64,000 nt of DNA, from NCBI GenBank assembly GCA_964016885.1, contig OZ024740.1, forward strand, positions 391,220,001 through 391,284,000. Reading direction: 5' to 3'. The notes below the pieces were generated by a model. The model saw only the letters and a program-made list of their open reading frames with translations, did no database searches and was not told where the DNA came from. The stretch is from Eledone cirrhosa (lineage: Eukaryota). The translations under genes were made by a program, and so were the position numbers. This document shows positions 55,520 to 64,000 of this stretch, piece by piece; the first letter of the stretch is position 1, and each line of letters begins with the position of its first letter.

Positions 55520-56530
55520 AAAACTAAAATACAAATAAAAAGACAAACGGGAAAAAATAATATAACAAAAATAAGGTTTCAAATATTGAAGGCAAATGGA
55601 AGGCAGATTATGCAGAAGAAAACAAAAAGGAAAATAGGAAACAAGGGAAGATGTAAAACAGAAGTTTCTGTGGTTGAATCTTTTCGAAGCTTCCATGTAC
55701 TCAAAGATTTTGTTCATATTTGGTAGACCTGTAATCATATATTGAACTTCCAATATTGGTAGTTCTTTAAAGATCGGTTTCACTATGGTCTCTCTCTCAG
55801 ACTGATAGTTTCTACATTGGAACAAATAGTGTCAAAGAGTTTATGGAGAGTTACCACAAGAACATAGAGGTGAATCTCTCCGACCCGTTCTTGATAGAAT
55901 GTAGTTCAAAGGTATATGTCTAGATCGAAGCCAGCATAGTCTTTTTTATTTGCATTACCTAATGATCGATGAGTTTTGAATGTTGTCAAATCTGGTTGAG
56001 AAAGTGGGGGATTGAAGTTTGTGAGCTTATCTCTGGATTCTTCCCAAAGTGTTTCCCACTCTTGACTAATCATTTGTTTGCTAAATGATTTTACCTGCAA
56101 AAAATTCGGCATGTAGTCTATATCTATTATTTCCCATTGTGCTCCTTCTTTTGCTAATTCGTTTATTTTCCTATTTCCTCTAATATATGTATGGCCTGCT
56201 GCCTAAATCACTGTTATTTCTTTATTTTCTGAGAGGTAGTTATCTATTTTTAACAGAGAGTTCTCAATATCTCTAACCCGACCCCTTTTTCTTGACTGAA
56301 GCAGTTCTTGGTTCGATAGACTATCAGTAAATAGAAAAAAACATTTTTCCAGGGCAATTCCTTAGCTGAATTTATAGATAATGTAATTCCCCACCATTCT
56401 GCATCAAATATAGTGTAATCGCGATGTAACCTGAAGTTCATATCTTTAAAATTATTTTTGAAAGACCACGTAGCTCCACAACCCACTCCATTGTCTGAAT
56501 GTGCCCCTGTGTAGCAAACCCAGATGTTAA
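55520..56530 (-). mobile_element. Degenerate RNase H-bearing LINE 3' part (I/Nimb/R1-like) in a GH114 intron
   Basis: RNase H-like YTG..GVGCG..FRL..TIFDAE, then LRSRHIPLN..SPLCSCG....HYLFQC zinc knuckle, with stop codons. Confidence 0.7.
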
Positions 56531-56575
56531 AAGAGATTGACTGTGGGATAATGTATATGAAGTTCTTATACTTAC

Positions 56576-56871
56576 CAACAGAGAGCCAAATATTATACTG
56601 GAGCTGGTCATTAGCGGTCAATCCGAAACCGTTGTCATTATTGTATGCATCAATATTATCTGGTTCAATACCATCACAACCTCTTCGTCTGGCCAATTCG
56701 ATTCTCTCTGAAATAATTCGCTTTACATCTGGACTTCTAATATCTAGCCACCTCTCACCTGGCCAGTTAGAGAGAGGTGTACCTAGAGTAGAGTTAGGAA
56801 AACTGTGAGCATCATGACGCCAATTTTCCCAAGTTCCAACTGATATATAACAGACTACTAGTATGTGTGAT
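56576..56871 (-). CDS. GH114 glycoside hydrolase, coding exon 2
   Basis: ctccag|A ... G|gtaagt, 296 nt, phase 2 to 1; VCYISVGTWENWR..WPGERWLDIRS..GCDGIEPDNIDAY..QLQYNIWL. Confidence 0.92.
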
Positions 56872-58218
56872 CTGGAGAGAAAAACCAATATAATGTTATA
56901 AGAAATAATTTGTCAATATACAATAAAAAAACAAACAAATTTTTATTAAAATAACTCTGAAGGAATTTAAGCGAAACGTGGCTGAACTAAAGTAGATTAC
57001 TTGTACTTATTCTATATACAAATAAAATAACTGGAATCATAAATATAATTCAAAATAACGCATACTGCTTGAAGCAACTCTACGTTTAAAAAATGACGTA
57101 ACTAAATTGAATCGACGTGTTTGCCGTAGCTTAGCTAATGCTTACATTATTACGTGAGTTTTCTGCTACTTTCAAATATTTAATCGGTGATATTTAACCA
57201 CCCTATCTACACATGGCACGTATACTCAGGTTGATTGAGAGTGCGTAAATGAATCTGTTTCAGGATGAGAACTGTCGATTTTTCAGCTGGTAGGTTATGA
57301 TGCAATTGACTTGGCTACCGAATAGTTATTCTAATCAAAGGTACAACTAATATTCTAATCACTAGCATTCATAGGAACTGAGTTTTAACACTTATAGGTA
57401 ACCATTTAAATTTGTACTGAAAACTTTAGATAAGCTACAGGATCCAAGTTTAAAATTTCATCTTTGTAACTAAATTAAGAAACATTTTATGATGTTATCA
57501 CAATGTTAAGAATAAATAGTGTCAAACAGTCACGAAAAACCGCTTGGATATTCATGAATTTCACAATCACCTAATCTTATATTTTATGATTTTCAATATC
57601 AATTTGTATTTAACGAATGTGATATTGAAATAGGTATTAGATATTGTAGGCCAAGAATTAAGCTCTCAATGTGCCGTGAGTTTCCCCTCCCAATTTAAGT
57701 CCTTTCACTTCCTTATTGTACATTTATTGTCCTGTTAAAATATATATCATTCAAAATAAAGCCATTCAAAATCTAAAATCACAATCTAATAAAGAAAAGT
57801 AGTCAATGAAATCTAATTTCAATGTAAGGTTTGACATCCTGCAGACTTATCTCTTAATTTTAATTCATCGATAGATCAATAAGCATAAACAATGAATTTT
57901 GAAAACGTATATATATCCCACATCCCATTCAAGTATAATGAACTAGTCCTCCAATGATAGCCATTGTTGGTTATGAACCATCAAATGTAAGTATAAATCA
58001 GATACAAAAGTTTATTTGTTTAGGAAGTTAAATTGACCACATAATAATATCATATTGCAAAACAATTATCTAGGTCAATGTGAGAAGCGTCATTAAAATA
58101 ATTATAATAGATAAAATAAAATAGTTAAATTACGGATTAAGTATGGATAAGGTTGTTAAACCTGAGGGAAAATGAAACCCTAAAAAAAGGAGGGATCATC
58201 CGATAAAAAATTACATAC

Positions 58219-58424
58219 TTTTTGAGGTAGTCAAACTGTGATTTTGATGTGTCAACTAGATCTACATCATACATTTCTACTTCATAGGATGGATCCAATC
58301 GCGAACTGAGCTGCCATTGCCAAGTCATTCCAGGTTCAAATTGCCACCAGCATCCAAACACTGATGCAATTTGCTGCAAAATAACCAGTTGTAATATGGC
58401 CCACATCCATCCAGCATAAACCAT
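58219..58424 (-). CDS. GH114 glycoside hydrolase, coding exon 1 with signal peptide
   Basis: ATG at 58424; hydrophobic leader ending ..ASVFG; WW..PGMTWQWQLS..MYDVDL; AA|gtatgt donor; an acceptor at 58435-58436 implies an upstream UTR exon. Confidence 0.9.
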
Positions 58425-58606
58425 TTTAAAACTGCTGAAAAAATAAATACGAATATATAAATATATATCAACGGATCTAGACTGTTACGTAATTGTTCAG
58501 AGACATACGTTAAAAAGATAGAATACACAATAAATTCTTCTGTCCATATATATATATATAAACGTGTGTGTATATATCTATCTATATATATATATATATA
58601 TATAAA

Positions 58607-58652
<46 letters not shown>

Positions 58653-58659
58653 TAGAAGA

Positions 58660-59082
<423 letters not shown>

Positions 59083-59206
59083 ATATATATATATAGAATT
59101 GGATTAAAGTAATATAAACAAATCACTATCCGGATGGCTTCCAAAAACAATGGTTGCATTTTAATAGGGTACGTCAAAGCTTATTTGTAAAACTGTTATA
59201 TATTGG

Positions 59207-59269
59207 ATTTTGTCTGATGAAGGCATACCATAATTTAATTTGGTATCCCTGAAATATTTATAATGAAAT
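59207..59269 (+). ncRNA. Hammerhead ribozyme, family H
   Basis: ATTTTGT-CTGATGA-AGGcATACCA..TGGTATcCCT-GAAA-TATTTA-TA-ATGAAAT; stem changes are compensatory relative to the other copies. Confidence 0.75.
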
Positions 59270-59450
59270 AAATATGGTTTTATAAATATAGTTTCCATTT
59301 ATTAATATCGTATATCTACTCCAAATACTTGTCGAGTGCTTTATATCAGTTATAAAAATATTTACTTGTTGTATCCCAACAATTTTAAATAGAACTTTTG
59401 CATATATTCTGCTCCTGTATTGTTGAGCGCTTTACATTATAACTGAAAAA

Positions 59451-62401
59451 ATGGAATTCTTTAAGATCTCTTCTTCTCTAAAAGACATACCTCTACCTAG
59501 GAACAACAATAACAACAACACACACATCAACAACAACAACAATAGCAACATACCCAGATACAACAACAACAGACACGCAGACACAAACAACAATAACAAC
59601 ACACACAACAACGATAACACACACACACACGGAGACAACAACAAAACACATCAACAACAACACACATCAACAACAACAACACACACGCATTCAATGCCTC
59701 TCACCACCACCACAATCTTAACAAACACACAGACACAGAAAACAAGTAATGACAGTAGCACAGAAATCAGAGAAATAAGAGAAAGTAATAGGATTAAAAG
59801 GAAAAGGAGATGGGAGACTAAGGACAAAGAAAATAACCAAGACGAACACACAGACACACAAAATAGGGTAGATAACAACACTGAGCCAGTGGAAAGAGAC
59901 AGGAGTAATTATGAGAGACATAGAAACAACCATGAAGCTGAGGCTGCTGGTGGAAATAGAAATAGAAATAACACAACTAACAATAATAATAGCACTAGTA
60001 CACATAAAGCAGCAGCCTGGAACTCTCCGTTTTATAACCCCTCCGATAAATCATTCGACCTACGACGAGTCCACGCCACGACTTTGCCATTTAACAAACG
60101 CACGCAGTTGCCGTCGCAGGTCGATGAACAAACAGAAGCACAATTTAGTATAGCTAAATCCGAACTTAGAAATATTATAGAACAGTATAGCAAGAAGCAT
60201 AATAGAATAGAGGCCCAGCAACTGGGAGAAGAATCTGCAAATGGCTTGCGTAAGCTCATGCAGCGCTCGCGTAATGGAGAGATAGCATGTTTTCCAACAG
60301 ACAAGTCTGGCAGAATGTCGGTTGACAGCCTGCCAAACTACATCCAGGCAATGCAACCCACATCACTAACACAAGAGAGGTAACACCACAGGAGCATGAG
60401 GATAGAGAAAAAGCCCTCAATGCCCATATGGTGATGTGGACGAATATAATGCAGCCCAACAAAAGGACTGCCAACAACTTCCGGGCCTGGAACAATGACG
60501 TGCCGGCGTTGTATGGGCTTCGAAAAGACCATAAAACGGGCTGGGACCCTGTCACGGGACCACCAACACGACCAGTCTGTGGGGCTAACATTGCTAGTAA
60601 CTACAGACTGTCCTACTTCCTCTCCCTGATCATACGCCCCATCATTGAGATGTCCCCAGATGTGTGTGACAGCACGGAGGACCTCCTCAGCAGAATCGGC
60701 GCGGGTAACCGATCTGGGGACCTAACAAACTGCATAATAGGCAGTATGGATGTTGTGTCCCTGTATCCATCTATTGACGTGGATTTTGCTGTGGAGAAAT
60801 GCGTAGAAATGATCAGCGAGAGCAAGGTTGAGTTCCGTGGGATTGATACCAGTGAGCTGGGACTTCTACTTAAGCTTACCCATAGTAATAGTTACCTAGA
60901 CACTTATGACCTTAGCAACCTGTGCCCTACAAGACCAGCAAGAGGCAGACCACCTACCATTACCTCAATGGCCAAGAAAACCCACACAGATAGATGGAAC
61001 GGGTGGACCAGAGCCATACGGACACCCGAAAACCACGATGAACTGAAGAAAATGAATGCACATGCGGTAGGGGCCAGCATAAAATTAACCCTTAAGGAAC
61101 ATATGTGCAAATTTAATGGTAAAACATATGCCCAAGAGGAAGGAGCAGCCATTGGTGTTAGCATTGCAGGCGACATATCTAACTTATTCATGGTATGGTG
61201 GGGAAGTAGACTTAAACAAAAACTTAATGAACAATTAGAAGACAGCTTAACCCTGATAATGTACTCCCGCTACGTAGATGATATAAACATCGTAGTTAAG
61301 ACACCCCCACTAAAGAACAGTCAGGAACTAGAGAAAAACACAATGGAAAGCATCCAGCAAATAGCAAACTCCATCCACCAGAGCATTAGAGTTACTATAG
61401 ACTACCCAAGTAGACACCCCAACTATCGATTACCTGTACTAGACACAGAGCTCTGGTTAGATACCATTAACAACCAAAAACAAATCCTCCATTCCCATTA
61501 TGCCAAACCCATGACTTCCAAACATCTGATCCACCGAAACTCGGCCATTTCGGACCATACCAAAATCAACATACTGATTGCGGATTTGGTACGAGTGATG
61601 AGAAATGTGTCCCGCATGTGCAACCCCGAAGAACTAGAGAGACACATACAACACTTCATCCACCGTATGCAGTTCTCTGGCTACAATCAGAGAGATAGAA
61701 TCAGAGTGTATAAAGGAGCCAGAACCAAATGGGAAAAAATGGTAAATAATGACTTAAATGGGACCTGCCCCTTGTATAGGAGCAAATTTTGGAATAGAAT
61801 AGAAAGAACTAGGAACAAGGCCAATAGAATAAACTCATGGTATGATAGCAATAAATACCAGAGTGTAATGTTCATCAATACAACCCCTAGAGGTGAACTA
61901 GCCTACAAATTTAGAAGGGCCCTAAATAAACATAATCTCAATATTAAGATAGTAGAAAGACCTGGTACCTCCGTAAAAACACTTATTAGCAAGACATACC
62001 CGTTCCAAAGACCCTCATGTATAGATAAGAAATGTATAACCTGTAAAATAAGCCCCCATATTAACTGTAAAACTAGAAATGTAGTGTATAGCATAAGATG
62101 TACTGAAGGACAATGTAGAAACAAAAATATAGTGTACATAGGTGAGACAGCTCGTAGTATAGGGGAACGAATAAATGAACACTGGCGAGACCTCCAAGAT
62201 AATAAAGAATCATCTATGCTCTACCAACATGCTAAGATAGAACACAGGGGTAGATTAGAGAGCATAGAAATAAAAATAGAATCCACGCACAGAAAAGACG
62301 CAATGTTTAGGCAAATTACAGAGGCAGTAAGCATAAAAGAATTAAAACCAAAATTAAATAGAAAATATGAGTGGAACAGCAACATCACAACTTACAATTA
62401 A
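59451..62401 (+). pseudogene. PLE-B RT-GIY-YIG polyprotein with one apparent 1-nt frameshift near 60357
   Basis: PTDKSGR, LYGLRKDHK, TRPVC, MDVVSLYPSI, QEEGAAIG, RYVDD, CIDKKCITC, NVVYSIRC..VYIGETARS..R..EH; adding one C at ~60357 joins 59451-60383 and 60428-62401 into roughly 980 codons. Confidence 0.9.
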
Positions 62402-62678
62402 GGACAAAATGAAAACACACACACACATAGAACAAACAACTTACAATTGAAAACACACACAAAATGAAAACACACACAGGACAAAATGAAAACACACACA
62501 CACATAGAACAAACAACCAACCAACAATAAATAAATAAACAAATAGAAAAATGAACACAAACACACACAGACACCCGGATGTGGCACATGCGCAAACTGA
62601 GCACACAACACACATACAGAAACAAAATGGCGTAGGATAGAAGAAAGAAAAGGCACAGAAACGAAGAAAGGAATCCCC

Positions 62679-62723
62679 AGTCACTGAAGAAGTCACAGAG
62701 TGTGTGACGAAAGGACTATGACT
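62679..62723 (+). ncRNA. Minimal type I hammerhead ribozyme in the PLE-B pseudo-LTR
   Basis: AGTCA-CTGAAGA-A-GTCACA gagtg TGTGAC-GAAA-GGAC-TA-TGACT; predicted cut after 62718. Confidence 0.8.
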
Positions 62724-62883
62724 ATATATATAAACAACTATCTGGTTGTGGAACCAACCAACCAACCAGAAATTTATAAGTTTGTAGATTTGTAAATTTA
62801 TAAATTTATAAATATATAATAAATTGAAGTGAAAGCAACTGGTGCGTGTGTTTCTTATTGGCAACATGACCCTCCCAAAGTAT

Positions 62884-62952
<69 letters not shown>

Positions 62953-62974
62953 TATATAATAATAATAATAATAT

Positions 62975-63141
62975 TATTTATATTGTGTAATTTATATTCC
63001 TGCTCTGTAAAGCATCTGATGTATTTACATTGAGCTATTTTTCTTACTGGTAATAAGGTAGTAATGAGTTACGGACCTTTCCTGTTTGTAGTTGTATATA
63101 GTGTATATATAACTATAAATAATATTATTATTATTATTATA

Positions 63142-63228
<87 letters not shown>

Positions 63229-63378
63229 ATAATAATATTATTTATAGTTATATATACACTATATACAACTACAAACAGGAAAGGTCAGTAACTCATTACT
63301 ACCTTATTACCAGTAAGAAAAATAGCTCAATGTAAATACATCAGATGCTTTACAGAGCAGGAATATAAATGACACAAT
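62975..63378. repeat. Fold-back with ~145-bp arms around (TA)n
   Basis: ~62975-63125 inverted at ~63235-63378. Confidence 0.88.
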
Positions 63379-63403
63379 AATCAAAACTATGTTCAAATCA
63401 TTT

Positions 63404-63456
63404 TATTGCTGACAATCGTTTCTTCCAAACTTTCGTTTGGAATCATCGGAGCACTA
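63404..63456 (-). ncRNA. Hammerhead ribozyme, U4C variant
   Basis: TAGTGCT-CCGATGA-TTCCAAAC gaaa GTTTGGAA-GAAA-CGATTG-TC-AGCAATA; 8-bp stem II with GAAA tetraloop. Confidence 0.72.
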
Positions 63457-63755
63457 GCAAAGTTTGGACATATAATTAACTTCCTAGTCCACTGAACAAT
63501 CATATAGATACATGGATATTAATGTTGTCATCAACAGTTTCGTATTTACAGAGTGGAATGGATGTGACAGAGATTACAAGAGAATTGTATATTAAAGAGA
63601 CACAGAGTGGAATGCATGCGACAGAGTTTACAAGGGAATAGTATAATAATAAAGAGGCATTAAGGTAGAAAGTTACTCGTAAAACGAGGACACTAGCAGT
63701 ACATACAAGCGTGTAGAGTGCAAATGCGTTAGGCATATACAGGACAGCTAGGTAG

Positions 63756-63803
<48 letters not shown>

Positions 63804-63834
63804 TGTATATATATATATATATATATATATGTAA

Positions 63835-64000
63835 AAAGAAATAGGATTTCGCTTCAAGCATAGCTTTATACAATATGTATAAATATTTCGTATCTCCAAA
63901 GAAATACGGTTTTAGGAAGCCGTAGCTATGCAAACACCGGGGGGCTAACGCCCTCTGGCGATGTCCAACAGAAGCAAGGGAGACAACCGTCTATGCATTT
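63835..64000 (-). mobile_element. Second copy of the 19302-19690 hammerhead element, cut by the window edge
   Basis: 'gccgtagctatgcaaa..ctggcg.tgtcca.cagaagcaagggagacaa.cgtc.atgcattt' matches 19478-19561. Confidence 0.75.

Larger units (their letters stand above)
59440..62888 (+). mobile_element. Penelope-like element family B, near full length
   Basis: Long RT-GIY-YIG ORF, 3' pseudo-LTR with hammerhead, ends in (TA)n. Confidence 0.93.

Noticed and set aside
56250-56575. C-terminal half of the 212-aa ORF as part of GH114
   Set aside because: It lies beyond the GTAAGT donor and is read-through into an intronic LINE RNase H remnant

Overview
AT-rich, microsatellite-dense animal genomic DNA. 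The repeat content (tRNA-derived SINEs, RTE fragments, very long (TA)n/(CA)n tracts) suggests an octopus/cephalopod, which is inference. Most ORF-track entries are translated microsatellites. One host gene could be built by hand: an intact four-coding-exon, minus-strand gene (58424->40918, 264 aa) for a secreted GH114-type endo-alpha-1,4-polygalactosaminidase, a family known mainly from bacteria and fungi. The rest is mobile DNA: three Penelope-like element (PLE) families with RT and/or GIY-YIG remnants, RTE, CR1-like, RNase H-bearing and RLE-type LINE fragments, a non-autonomous LTR element with a tRNA-Trp PBS, Helitrons, MITEs and SINEs. The main hidden signal is about 23 type I hammerhead ribozyme motifs from roughly a dozen apparently unrelated sequence families, mostly in short (TA)n-embedded islets with tandem and fold-back structure. 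They include U3-A8 compensatory core variants, recurrent U.U at the base of stem II, and 50-80 nt stem II extensions. Repeat boundaries are approximate unless stated, and all folds were done by eye.
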